A DNA stretch of 64,000 bases from Nemertoderma westbladi (taxonomy: Eukaryota; Animalia; Xenacoelomorpha): NCBI GenBank assembly GCA_032718475.1, contig JAUCBJ010008776.1:62001-126000 (forward strand). Direction: 5' to 3'. Position numbers and translations under genes: made by a program. This document shows positions 37,481 to 51,534 of the stretch, piece after piece. Each line of letters begins with the position of its first letter. The stretch's first letter is position 1. The notes beneath the pieces were generated by a model. The model did not search any database. It worked only from the letters and a program-made list of their open reading frames with translations, and was not told the DNA's origin.

Positions 37481-40444
37481 TAAGGGGAGATGGTACCCCA
37501 GGCTATCCCCATTCATTTTACTATTAACACATATGTACCCATTACGCTGGTTCTACGAGATGGAATTTCATGAAAGCTTCCAGAAGGGCGGAGTAACTAT
37601 CGAGACAAACCTGGAACCTAAAAAAAATAAATTTTTTTTTTGTTTCTATGTTTGAGGGTCACTTAATTGCACCAAAAACCAAAAAATGACACATTTTCGA
37701 AGTTTTTATAGAAATACATTTGATAATTGTTTTAAACATATGTTTTTAGAGGTTCCACAATTGTGTCTCACTACAACAAACCTGCTGCGAAAATTTCAGC
37801 CAATTCCATCAAGCCGTTCTTGAGAGAAAGGAACATTTATTTCTAAATTTCACGAAAAATAAGATGCTGAGAAAAACGCTTTTTAAGTTTTCAAACCTTC
37901 CCGCTAATTTTAAGTAAAATGCGGGAAATTTTAAAAATAAGCCAAAATATAATAAACTATTCCAGCGAACCAAAATTTACGATTTAGGGGTTTTCGTAGT
38001 CGCTGAATTCATTTCTGATATCTGTTTTAATGTTTGATGACATCTGGTCTGCCTGTCTGTCTGTTTGTTTGTCTGTCATTTAGTAATGTACACGACACAC
38101 ACCCTACTGTATGTAGCAGGGTGTGTGCTACGGATAGTTATGGAATGTTCAACATCGAGAGTTGGTGTGGAATCCTCCCTGCATTATTACAAGATAGAGG
38201 ATTGGAGCCTTTCGGTTGCCTCCAGTAGTGTTTCGATTTTCACATGTTCACTTTTAACTTTATGTTTTACTAGCAGAACTCAACAACAGCTAATAATAAT
38301 GATCATACATTTCGTGAAGATAATCGAAGTTAAATGTCAATTTTTTGTCTTATTGGAGTTACCAAAAAGTTCAACAATAAGAAGCCTGTTCTAATGAGCT
38401 AATGAGCTGAGGAACCGAAAAATATATATATTTAATTAAATGTGTTATTTAAATAAAACCAAGCAAAGTCAATACGACTGTGTACTGATGCTAATGACCA
38501 TATATTTTGTGTACTTTTTATTTAAAACGGACATTAACATTTCGGCTACTAGTAATATTAAAACGTAAGATACACCCCAATGCGGGAACCAAATAGTATT
38601 ATTTGTACACAGTTATTACATTGTTCTTTCTGCTCTGCCCATCGCATCGTGAATAAGGAAGGGGAGATTAAAGGCCATCACAACCACAACCCAGCACTGG
38701 AGGATTCCTGGTGTTTTCGCGGTAGTGATGGTGGGAGGGGGTTGGCCAGAGGGCTATGTTGCTTTGAAAGGGAAACTTTTTCTGCATCTAATGTTTAATT
38801 TTGGAAAATAATTACGTCACAATGACGTGAAAATTACGTTTTAGGATGGTAGTTGACAATCCCCCCCCCCCCCCCCCCCCTTCCCAACCCCGCTATGTGT
38901 GCGATTTATCCTGATACCAATCCACACCTTACTCCCGGCCGATTCATTTAGTTTAGCGATTGTTGCCTTTAAAACGGATACATTAAGCAACTATTAATGG
39001 ATCGGAATTGTCCCCCTGGCTGGGTCCAGCGGATGTTAGTTGGCCCAACGTGTTGAAGTATTCAGCAGACCAAATTCAAATTCAGCAGATTAAAACCCGT
39101 GATCAGCGGAAACTTACCCACAACTCCACACCATGAGTAGATATGAGTATATATGTATGATCCATTTACTTCTTCAGTACTAATTGTGTTTAATAATGAA
39201 CAACCACCAACTATACCAATCGGTAGTGAATAAGATCAATAATGAAAGGATTCTGAGTATAATATTCCAATATTATTGTCGGTAATAATGTAGTTCGTCA
39301 GTTTATCAGCATGAAACTGAAACTATGTTGCATTATTCAGTATTCATGTTGTTTCACCACTTTAATTGACGATAAATTTTGAGCAGCAGTTTACTCTCGC
39401 ATAAATTAATCTTCTATTAATCTACGCCGGAACTTTGGGTTTCTTGAGAGTGATATAAGAGATTATAGATTACTGTGTAGAAAAGTAGAAATTTGACACG
39501 ATTAATTAACATTTAATAATGACGACCCCATTTGCTAAAGTTTCCAAAAACTCTCAAGAAATAAATCACTTCAAATAATCTATCACCAGTAATTCGAGAT
39601 TGAGGTCGAATTGTTCCTTAGTTTTTAACTTTTGTGTGGGAGAATATTGTTCAAATATACAAAAATTCATAATTTTACAACGCTATCTCAAATGCAACAT
39701 CATCCGTTCACTGAGAAGTTTTGACATGTTATGGGCGTTATGGGTCGATACACCATTTAAAACTACAACACTTTTAAGATTACGAAAAACACCTGGAACC
39801 AGATAAAAAAATTATTGAATGCGTTGATCCTGTTATTTAGTTTTTATTATTCATAATACGTAATTGAGATAAAGATGGTAGTATTGTGAATTTATATTTA
39901 TCTATTAATCCCGTGTCTGATGTGAATTTCAAATTATACCTTTCTATCAAACAACCATCTCTGTAAGATAACACAAATTAGAGTTGAACTTCCAATGCAA
40001 CAAAGCTGCTGCAATATAATTGAACTTACAGTAACAACAACTGCAGTTCTAACTTGTGGTGCTTCAAAGATTTCTACTACAGTAGGAAGTGTTGGTTATC
40101 CTAATATCCTACGATGAGTAGTGTAAGTTGATGGATATCAGGATATGCCTCACGAGAGTGTAAAATTGAAATTGTAATTTCTGGCGTATTAATAAGCCAA
40201 CATTCGTTGTCCGTAGAGAAAGAGTTCAACCTTGGGAATTATTGTGGCGCCCACCCTACTTAACAGATAGCAGAAAGGAGCCTTCGGGTTGCCTCTCTGC
40301 GACATCGTGTTTCCTATTCACTGATCACCTCCTACTTTACTTATGAATGTCCCCTGAGATCTAATGTCCTAAGTCACACAATCGTGTGAAAGTACATTCA
40401 CTCCCAACAATGAGTAGCCAAAAACAAATACAAGCAAAGGTGCA

Positions 40445-41070
40445 CATAGGCGTACGAACGGGGGGAGGGGGGACTATTGCCCCTCACAGCAAATTTGTAG
40501 GGGGCGAAATTACAGGCATTAAAGGGGCGAAATTTTTGAGTTTAAAACCTTTTCCCAACAGTATTATATAAGTATATATCTACTTACATGTATACCATAC
40601 GTTTTTAGCGTCATTTTTAAAGTTTTTACATCTTCACCCTCATGATTGAATCCTACTCCACAAGTAACAGTAACTAATAACAACAGCAAAATCGCTCAAA
40701 GGTCCGCGTCTGCTAACGCATGAAATGTTTCCACCTTGAAAATTGCTTACTAGCAAACTTACTAACAAAAAAATTCACCGGAAAATGGGATTGAACTCGG
40801 TACCTATATATTATCAATCCAACGCTCCCGCGGACCTAATAAAATAAACCGCTAAATGAGAAATATAGTGATAGAAATTGCACTAAAATATTTAAAATTT
40901 TTGGCAGTTTTGAGTAAGTGAATATTCTTAGTGGTCCCCACGCGACACCGTACAGCCCGCCAATTATACAATTTTTGAAATATTATTTCAACATTTTTTT
41001 TTGTTGGGTGGTGGGGTGAGGGGGGGGGGGGGGGTGATTGACAATGGGGGCGAAAATGAGGGGGTCGTTA

Positions 41071-41105
<35 letters not shown>

Positions 41106-41127
41106 AAATGGTTCGCGTACGCATATG
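40445..41127. mobile_element. hAT-like MITE (683 bp)
   Basis: TIRs cataggcgtacg / cgtacgcatatg; 8-bp TSD aaggtgca / aaggcaca. Confidence 0.7.
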
Positions 41128-42585
41128 AAGGCACAAGCGCAAACCTATTAAGTATCATTTAGACTCTAATATGACATAGAATTGATGGTAGGTTTTTAAA
41201 TCCGATTTCTCTATCTCCCTTGTCCAAAAATCTAATAGAATTATTCATGTTGAACCATAAGTTCCACAGCTCCACACAATTGATAATTAATTATTCAACG
41301 TAGGATAGTTAACATGAGATACTGACTATTGTATAAGATCAAGCAAGATGTCAAGGAGAGTGCGTTACCACCTGCAACCCACAACCATACAGCAAGTGTA
41401 CGCCTGTTAAACCTAGCTTTAAAATCTGCATATTATTAATAATTCGTAATGATCTCAAATATTTAGAAAAAAGTAATAAGTTATACTAATATTTGTAACT
41501 TTGGTGAATCTAGGCCTATAGAAAGGCCTACAGTATTGTAGAAGTAATTAATCTACTTATTAATTATTATTAATGAATATTATACACTAACCGGTCCGTA
41601 TTTGTATTTTCTAATTCCTGAAACGGTGTTCCGTCTCTTTTCAATGTCGCCAATTACTTTTCCTGAAGCTGTTAGGGTAAGAATAATGTTGATTACAACA
41701 ACAACTATAATCAGACGTCCGATAGAAAACATTATCAATCTGGGGATAAATCATAATAATGACAAATATATTATATTTCATTCATAACAAAGATGATAAT
41801 TATATGGTCCAAATAAAAACAGTTTTATCTGATGAGTAAATATATTGTATTAGGGGGACCGCACCAATCAGGGCCTATTTTTATATTTATTTATTTTTTA
41901 ACACATTTCCTGTCCAAAAAGTCTTTGAAATTTTTTAAATAAGTCAAATTTTTCAGTCATATCCTATATAATGCAAATTTTCATGCTGAATCCAAATATG
42001 GAAACCGTTTTCCCATATCTTGCTTAGATTTCGAGATATCTGGTGTAGAAGATACTGGCTCCGATATATATTATGCTATGTATAGATATATAATGTATGT
42101 ACTGTATAATGTAATGTATATAATGTATAAGATAGATATATATACTGGGCTGCGATTATCGGTAAATGCGATGAAGTTTGAGGTTTAGGTTAAATTTCTG
42201 CAAATTTATGTGCTGTGGTGCCAATTGGGTGTCTCCACAAGAAAATTAATTAAATTAATTAAATAAAATTGTAATAAATAAGGTATTTTTTTATGATTAT
42301 TGGACCTACTACTGGTCAATTTATCTCTTTTTACCCCTTTTTTCTTTTAGCTGTTTTGAAGCCTTTTTTTGAAATTACCCTTATGCCCCTTTTTTTGTTC
42401 TTATGACCCCTTTTTTTCGACATTCAGACTGTACTGAATCAACATCCAGACTGTGATTCACACATCCAGACTGTAATTTGCACAGTAAACGAATAGAACA
42501 TTGAATAAAATCAAATACGAATTACATTACAAAATATAATTGAATTAAATCAACACTGTGCAGCTCTCCTAACAACTCTCCTTAA

Positions 42586-45503
42586 CACTAGAAGCCCCAA
42601 GCGGTCATTTTTGACCGTTTTGCAAATTCAAATCGAATTATCTCTGCTGCTATGTATTGTATAAATATGAAATTTCTTGACTTTTCCGGGTTTATCCTTA
42701 GGTAATCAAAAATGAAAAAGAAAATAAAAAATTTCATTTCGTTCTCTCAAAAAATTGAAATATCCGAAAAGCCCCATAGGGGTCAAAAATGACCGCTATG
42801 GCTAGATAGTGTTACGCACAGTATTAGTGAAGTGGTAGGTAAGTGAAATAAAGTTTATTGCAGGTAGGCTCAGTCTGCTATACCGTAGTAAGTATCCCAG
42901 ACTCGCCTTGGTAGCTTAGTATATTTTGTGGGTTTCTATCCGATCGGATCCGCTCTGATCCGTTAGGATCTGACCCGCCCTAATACCAGCAATAGTCCAC
43001 CAATCAATAAATTGTTTTTAGTAACGTAGTTTAAAATATTTTCAAGAGTGGTAATTTTAAATAGGTAATTTATAATATTCATTCAGGCAATGTGGACTGC
43101 AGTACTGCCCTACACACCACTAACCTGGCCAAAATAATGGTAGACTACGGCAGTGGGGTTTCACTAGGGTTTGTGATTTTGTGACAAGATCAGTACCGGT
43201 ACACACGACACAGATACCTACTGTAAAGGTGAAAGATATTAGGTACCGGTATCAGTAAGAGGATTTCACCATGGATGCTGTTAGAAAAACCTATCCATTG
43301 CGTCAGCGGACAAGAGCAGCATCCGACACTACCAGCGGTAGTAGTACTGCTCCTGCAAGCGAATCTGCTTCTACTTGTGGGGATTTGAATGTCACGCAAC
43401 AAACCCCATCTGAACCACTACCTGTACCGGAGCTGGCACCGATAATGGTAGGCGTACCAGTAGGCCCAGAAGAAAGTGGTGATGAATACAGTTGTAGCGG
43501 AGATGAAAGTAGCGAGAGGGAGAGCGACATCAATTGTGAGTTTCTTGGGTTTTCGAGCTCGGATTCGGATGAAGATCCTATCTCTGAATCTGATTATCCA
43601 GACTCGGGTGCATTGATGGGTAAGGATGGGACGAAGTGGTCCGTTCTTGAGGCAGGTGGATGTAAAGGTAGAGCAGCTGCACGTAATGTTTTCAAGGAAT
43701 GTGTTGGTGTCAAACCTTATATAAAGAATAGAGTATCAGATGAATATACAGCTTGGAAGGAGTTTATTTCTGAACCAATTCTCAACACTATTTTGAAATA
43801 TACGAACAAATTTGCTAAAGAGAAACTGAAAGTAGATCTCAATTTGACTTCTGTAGAACTGGAAGCTTTCATTGCTATACAATATGCCCGTGGATTTTAT
43901 GGCAAACATCTGCCAGTGAAGTTACTTTGGGCTAATAAATATCTTTCGGGAAATTATGTCTAGAAATCGTTTTTCTCTAATAAAGCGCTGCTTTGCTTTT
44001 GATGACAGAGTTTCTAGGCGAAGTGGTATGATCGCAATTGCAGATGTATTTTACCCCATCAGAGAAGTGTTCGATATTTTCGTTGAAAACTGTAGTTCAA
44101 AGTACATTCCGAATTATTCACTAACTATAGATGAGCAATTACTACCCTTTAAAGGAAGGTGTAAATTTATATCTTTCATGCCCAAGAAACCCGATAAGTA
44201 TGGGCTCAAATTTTGGGTCTTGGTTGACATGGCGACTAAGTATGTTGTAATGATAATCCCGTATTTGGGTAAAGAAGAGTCGAGAACTCTGCCGCTGGGT
44301 GAGGATGTTGTGCTGAAGTTGATGGCCGGTAATTTCAATCGGGGCTATAATGTAACCATGGACAACTTCTTCACTTCCCTTACACTGGCGTCCAAACTGT
44401 CAAATCTGAAAACAACCCTCGTTGGTACAATGAGACAGAATCGGCGAGAACTGTGTCACAACGAGATCCTCAAGAAATCTGGTGGCGATTTGTTCGATAG
44501 TAGGTTCTTCTGGAACGAAGCAAGTTCTGCTCTGGCAGTGTCTTACCGATGTAAGAAGAACAAATTCGTTGTCTTACTATCGACTCTGCACGACAGTGCG
44601 ATAATAACGGATACGAAATCGAATAAAAAAATTCCTGAAATTATCGAATTCTATAACGCAAATAAGTGTGGAGTTGACATCTTTGATCAGACGAGTCGGG
44701 TCTATACAACTAAGGTAGGTGGTCGACGTTGGCCAATGGCTGTCTGGGCTAATATTCTGGATATTGCGGGAATAAATTCTTGGCTAACTTATAAGGAGTG
44801 TGTTGGTTCGAAGATTTCTCGCCGTACATTTCTGTTTCAACTCCTCACTGGTCTGTCAAAGTCATATATCGGTCAAAGAACATCAGGTAGTCCTGAGTTG
44901 CCAATGGCAACAGCCGCCGCACCTGATTGTTTGGTGGTGACCGACTGTGTTGCCAAAGTCTCATTAAAGAAGCATCAATGTCACACACAGGGCTGTGGCA
45001 ACAAAACGAATTTAACTTGTCTAATGTGTTGTCATCCCGGCTGTGGGAATTGTATTACTGAACAAGTAAAATACGTCCGTGTTATTTGCAACGACTGTCA
45101 CAACGACTGATTCTACTCTATAGAGGTATATAGCTATATACACTATACAGTATAATGCTTATCTATAAAATCTGATAGAAATATCAGTATGTTTGTAGGT
45201 AGGATACCAGTTTAGATCTTAATTTGAATAATATTCATCGGTCAAATTTAATAAAAACGTAAAATTAATAACATTCATTGTTAATAACAAAAATAGTATA
45301 TATATGCTGTTTATAGATATATAATAATATATATTTCTATATATTATATTTTATTATTACATATGTATAGAATATATGCTATATATATACTAATATGCTA
45401 TCTCTGCGGGTGTAACAAGCCAATTTCATTCTGATTTCAAGTGGCGGTCAAAAATGACCCCTGCGGGGCTTAAAGGGGGTCAATTTCTCTGGGGCTTCTA
45501 GTG
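42586..45503 (+). mobile_element. Full-length piggyBac transposon (2918 bp)
   Basis: TTAA TSDs (42582-42585, 45504-45507); perfect 14-bp TIRs CACTAGAAGCCCCA; subterminal ggtcaaaaatgacc repeats at ~42601, ~42780 and ~45445. Confidence 0.95.
43271..45110 (+). pseudogene. piggyBac transposase (PGBD family), split by one frameshift near 43940
   Basis: Acidic N-terminus; IFREIMSRNRF; DDD triad TIDEQL / TMDNFF / GVDIFDQ; KPDKYGLK; RRWP; C-terminal Cys-rich domain. Confidence 0.9.
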
Positions 45504-45537
45504 TTAACATGCACACAAGATGGTGACTATAAGGCAT

Positions 45538-45722
45538 TTTTCTAACCAAAAATAATCGATCAGGATCACTTTAACCAATTTAGGGAAAGTAGCAGGTTAC
45601 AGTGGCGGGCTTTTCTAACCAAAACAATAAACGATCACTTTAACAATTGAGGGAAAGGTGCAGGTTACAGAGGCTGGTTTTCCTAACCAAAACAATAAAC
45701 AATCACTTTTTCTAAACAAAAC
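45538..45722. repeat. Short ~70-bp tandem repeat (about 2.5 copies)
   Basis: ttttctaaccaaaa..atcacttt..agggaaag..gcaggttacag repeated. Confidence 0.65.
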
Positions 45723-46719
45723 AATATTGGCATTGTTGATCTTGATGGCAGTAAGGCAGGGTATATAATATAATATATAATAGGCATAATATAATATATA
45801 ATGGGCATAATATATAATATAATATGGAATATGGTATAAAATACAGTAATCACAATAATTATGGTCAATTACAACAGAAATCAAGACAGCTGGTTAATGC
45901 TGCACAGTAGGCCTACAGTACCGTAAACTAGTCTCTGCTATGGTTCCGCGTCATTCAGCAGCACCACACAACCAAATTCCGCACGCTTATAATGAGGCGT
46001 TACCTACTGTACTGTGTCAGCCTATAGGCCTACTATACTGTAATACCGATACAGGTACTACTAAAATCAGAAGAACAGTAGCACAGTAGTAGATACCGGT
46101 ACCGGTACATTAAAAAAGGGGCCATTAAAATAATAATATATATGTTCATATAAATATAAATATATTATTTTTATTTATTAATAGTGTGTAAATAAAAAAA
46201 CGACTGCTGCAGTTTCCTAGAAATGATATCAATTGCAATATTGATTGGGGTGTGAAGAGCATTAGTAATTTCGATCAGGTTGCTTGAATATCCTATATCA
46301 CATTATTATACCAATTAATTAGGCATTACGTCTGAGTAACGGTATTCTGGTCGGAAAAGTACTCAGGAAAATTACCTGTTGCATTTCCTGCTACGCTTCA
46401 ATCAGATATATAACTTGAGTTTTATAAAATAAAGCAGTGATATTATTGGGATGTGTGTACCACCCAATAGAAATTCTCATGAATGAAGCCTATGATCCTT
46501 ATTTGAAGTTGTTCTTGTTCTTAGTGCTCCTCTTTCTCTCCTGCACTAACTATGTATAGCCTCGCACAAAGGCAGCTACAGATTCGATTACACACTTAAC
46601 AAAAGGAAATTGCAATCTACGTCTTGGAACGTAGTGCAAGTAAGTATAATTAGATTGGATTTGATTACATGCAATGTTAGATGATTGCAATACTTTTTTT
46701 TATATATAAAAGGTAACAA

Positions 46720-46858
46720 CGTCAATAAAATGAGGTCCAATTGAATAACTAAGAGCAAAATATGGGATAGTAGTGCCCACCCTACCTCAGGGTAGCAGCT
46801 ATCGAAAGAGGAGCCTTCAGGTCGTGTCTGGTGGTTACAGCCGAATGTTTGCTTGCTT
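46720..46858 (+). mobile_element. 5'-truncated copy of the 34.7-kb SINE family
   Basis: ataaaatgag..aataact..gagcaaa..gggatag..gcccaccctacc..gggtagcagctatcgaaagaggagcc; weaker copies at ~38170 and ~40245. Confidence 0.75.
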
Positions 46859-47474
46859 GAAAGTACTTCTCAAACATCAAGTCTAGAGCAAAAATTGTCT
46901 CCAAACGTTAAACAAGTAAAATAACTCACTGGAGGCAACTGAGTGGGTATTTTAGTATTTAGTATTTTAATAAAATAATACAGCGGTTCTTCTAATAATG
47001 TAACATAACCAGCAAAATAATAAAAACAAAGAAAAAGTAAATAGCTAGTTTTAAATTCAAAACTCTTTAAACAAAATTAATATTTTAAAATAACCGCGTA
47101 CAGGCTGGGAATGTCTCTTGCATTATCGAGTCACTGAACTACACGCCACCGATACCAGTAAAAGAACTTTAACATAACAATGTGATAGCATGGTCAGCTG
47201 ACACGCATGTGTATTTTTCCCGAACGTTTTTTGGAAAAAACCAAAGTTCGTATTCGTGCTGATTCCATCTCTCGTAACAACACTGAATTATCTACAGTAC
47301 CACCACAGTACCACCACGGTACCTATTTTATGTTGATCTATTTACAGTTTGTGCTCGTAATCTATGTGATTATAATAATAATTATATAATAAAATAACCG
47401 CCATTTTCCACATTGCCATTAACCTACTGTAGCATTAGAATTCTTGGGAACAGTTTATCAAATTCGGCAATAAC

Positions 47475-47545
47475 GCCCAGGTGAGATCGAACTGGTAACC
47501 TTCACATTGGAATCATGGCGCTCTAACAATTTCGCTTGAGGCTCA
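47475..47545 (-). mobile_element. Degenerate tRNA-like SINE head
   Basis: Minus strand ..gttagagcgcc..ttccaat..gttcgatc..; acceptor stem does not pair. Confidence 0.35.
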
Positions 47546-49169
47546 GGTAAAAGGAAAGGGAGAACTAGAAACACTACCTGATCCGCAATGTACGTCCTCA
47601 TGACCTCCCATCCGCATCTGTCATTTGGCCGTCTTTAACCACTTGCTACAATGAAATGGTATATTAACCATGAACCATCACGGTCACCTAATTATTACCT
47701 AGTATAGATCTGTATCCGATCCGAAGGGGAGTATTGCTCATAGTATACAGAAAACCAATAAATTTCGCAAGGGTAGCCAGCTAGATCATAACGTGGCGTA
47801 AGGAGCAGTGGTCGGTAGGATTTGTGGAACTTATGAAGATTATATTTCTAGATAATATTTGATAAATCATAATGTTACTATCTTATAATTGTTCGCATAG
47901 CGCAGCTGCGGTCAATTGAAATGGAACGTTACTTTAGAGTTGGGATGTATGAACCAGCATTATCAATTACCAACACAATGAATTCTCCTATTGTTCAAAA
48001 CCTAATATTTTTTTCCGCGCATATCTTTTATTGTTTTATAAATCTATAATCTATGTAGTGTGCTCTTCGAAAGATAACGATTGAAGATTTATTGAATGGA
48101 ATATGACCCCCCCCCCCCCCCCCCCCATGCCACGAACTTCCATCTTATATAATTCGCAAAAAATTCATCAGTTGAAATTCGAAAAGATAATCATAATTTT
48201 ATGATTGTCTGTATGCTATTCCAATTATTAGGAAATTATAAAAATCAAATCAAATATTGAAATGAACGTATGGAGGGCTTAGAAATAAACCTATTAAGTA
48301 AAATAATTGAAGTTTATATTATTGCGCATCTCAAATATACGAATTTTATCGGATTCATTAATTAAAGTACCAGAGAAGTAAAGTTTGTGAATGTTCACGT
48401 CCAGTGAAGCGAGAAAGTGGATGGTAATCGGATGATGTACTGTAAGCTCTCTTACACTATAAACCAATGATTGGCATAAAAGTATGTAGCATTGCCTTTA
48501 TGCAATCTATTTTTGTTACAAATTCATCCGTAATTTGCACAATTTGATATCATTTTCATTTTTTATTTGCTCGGAAGAAGCACATGAGGGTGAAACACTT
48601 AAACACTAGATATTGATTAAAAAACTTACAATACAAAATTCGAGCGAAATGACGAGTTATCCAGTAATTTATTTTATGCTTAAAAATGTTTTTAGGAATT
48701 GATGTGGGTTTGAACCTCCTCCTCTTAATGCAACATAAATTTACAATTTTTTCACTGAAACTCGCATGGGAGTATACAGTAAATGTTTTCGTTTGATTTT
48801 AGTAGGTAATAATGCCCAACATCAATCGGATCTCGATATCGTGTAATTGCCATTCATGAAATCGTTTCCTCGAGGAACGGCTATGATAAAACATTTCAAT
48901 TTAGATTCAAATTTACTGCTGAAAATGAACTAATATTACATGATTACATTGCAGTTGAAACTATAATGTTTTTGAATTAAATTTTAAAAGATCTAACTTA
49001 ACCTATTTCTCCAAAACTCCATTATCGATAACACTGCGTACCACAGATAATTTACATGAATTTTTACTCGCAATGACCAAGAAAAATATATTTGATCGGA
49101 CCAATGGATATTTTATTATCGTACTAGAGATAATTATATAAAGATGATAACCATGTTATTACTTATTCT

Positions 49170-49570
49170 ACGCCCAAATGCGTCACACTGCCGCTTTTTA
49201 CCATTTTCAAAATTTTAAATCTTTCACTTTTGAACGCCATGAGCATCACACAGCCGCCTTAATCATTTCTAAAATATATTTTTGGCTAAATTTAAATTAA
49301 ATTTCATAAATTATGTAATTTAAAGTACCCTCAATCCAATAGGAATCCCTTCAAGCAATATTAAATTAACTTTTCTTAGACCAGTTTTTCCTGCCCAACA
49401 CGAATATGAATTTTTCCGTCCCAATAGTTATAAGAAAGTTACAAGATGTTTTAAATAAAGGCGGCACCCTGCCGCCCTGGGGGTCAGGATAATATATATA
49501 AAGGCGGCACTCTGTCGCCCTGGGGATTAAGTTATAATTATATAAAGGCTACACACTGCCGCCTTAATGA
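49170..49570. repeat. Clustered aaggcggcac.ctg.cgcc motifs, probably the subterminal region of a non-autonomous DNA transposon
   Basis: Copies at ~49458, ~49501, ~49545 and related cacactgccgc at ~49184 and ~49246. Confidence 0.4.
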
Positions 49571-51534
49571 ACATGGTCCTGAATTATTTAGAATTTTTTA
49601 ACCCTACTTTTGGCTCTTTTTTTAGACGTTTTTTGAAAATTACATTTCATGAAATATGATTTATAATCTATTTTTCATCCTTTTTTATAACTCTATTTTT
49701 CATTTACACAGTTTTTGTGGTGTTTGCAATTAGATGGAATTCATATAAAATAAGCTAGAAATTTCAAAGTTTTTTTCGGCGAGTGCTAAATTTTTGTACC
49801 AACACCAAATTTTGAAATATGTCAATTTTGTAAATTGATGGTTTGAACCTGTTTTTTGCGCAATAGGGGTTTTTAGGGGTTCTGGTTTCGTTGGAATATA
49901 TACGAGCTGTACCAGACATATCAAACTTGTGGTGCCAGCACGAAATTTTAAAAATTCATTCACTAGTTAAAATGATTGTGACAACTAATTTCTAACATTT
50001 TATAGTAGAGGTTTATAGGGGTTCTGAATTCAATGGAATAAAAAATTATCTAACTAGAAATCTCAAACTTGTATTTTTCGGAAGTTGGTGCAAAATTTAG
50101 TGATAGCACCAAATTTTGTTCTGGAGTATTAGAAAATGTATTCCATTAGAAACAATCGCATCGTATAAGTGAATTAAAACTTTTGTGTTCAAAATGAAAA
50201 GTGCTACTTACTTGTTTTTACCTTGTCGCCTACGTAGAGGACTAAAACAGCCATTTATAGTAATCAGATCATGTTTAAACATTTTCCAATGAAATCAGCG
50301 CCCCAGAAAACATGTATTGGAAAAGATTAGCTGAAAATTGTAACTTTCAAATTTGTTGAAAATTGTTCGCTACTTGAAATTTTGGTGCTGAAAAATAATC
50401 ATCCCAGTAAATTTTTTCGAAGTTTTTCTCGGTCTGATTCGGAGTAGTGAATTAATTTTACGTACAAACAAAAAATCAGACGTTTTTTGTTTAACTTTGT
50501 AGATTTTAGAGGGGATGTCAATATGATCCCCCCCCCCCCCCCACCCCCGGTATTTGTACAAAACAAATGTATCTCCTTCTTCAATCTTTATCTGATTTGG
50601 CTATTGTTTTTGTTTGAAAGCCCTGTCTCTCCTGAACAGATTCCTTAGATGGATTATTGAATTTCGCTCTCGTTCTTGAGAAACGTGAGATTAAATCCAG
50701 TGTAGTCTATAAAAAATGAAAATTTCATGACTTCGTGTCACAACAAGTGCAATAAAATCATTTTGAAAAAGAAATTCAAAAATTAGGGGTTCTAAGGTTC
50801 TATAAAGGGCAGTGTACCTACTTGTAGGAGGACACTTAATAACATCATAATTTTATAATAGGGGCCAATAACATTGGAATAATAATGAATAAAAACTTTC
50901 TTAAAAACAAAACCTGAGCGTCGAAGTCATAAATATCAGTGTAGAATTTGGCAACTTGCGGGAATGGCAGAAATGATGCCAGTTGGACAATATTACCTAC
51001 CATACCGGTAATACTACCTATCTAACATCTCCCTTGAGTTATGCGATTGCAAAGTTGTAAGTAATTGTGTTATTAACTGGTAAATGGGATTCGTTTGATC
51101 CCATCCAAACCACACACATAGTAAAGGATGCGCCTCTGGGGAAAAACTGGCCAATTAATGTTAAAGTTCTCCAACAAAAAGTGTATAATAGCCAACTACT
51201 GTAGTGACAACCTTGAGTTGTCAAAATACTCCTATCAATATTCTAGTTAAATCCATGTCCATCGTATTTTTTTTTACTTAACATTTTTTGTATTTATGTA
51301 CCTTATGTTTGATTTACTGCTTTTACTAAAAAAAACTATTTCGTGTATGAACAAGAAAATAAAATAAAATATAAAATATAATAAAAAAATAAAATGGTCC
51401 ATTATCGTCATGATTGCTGTGCTATATAATATGTATGACACCAACTATTTTTTGTTTAAAATAAACTACTTATAGGCCTAGTAATAATTGCTTGCAAGAT
51501 ATACTACTACTACATATGGCCTCTACTACTACTA

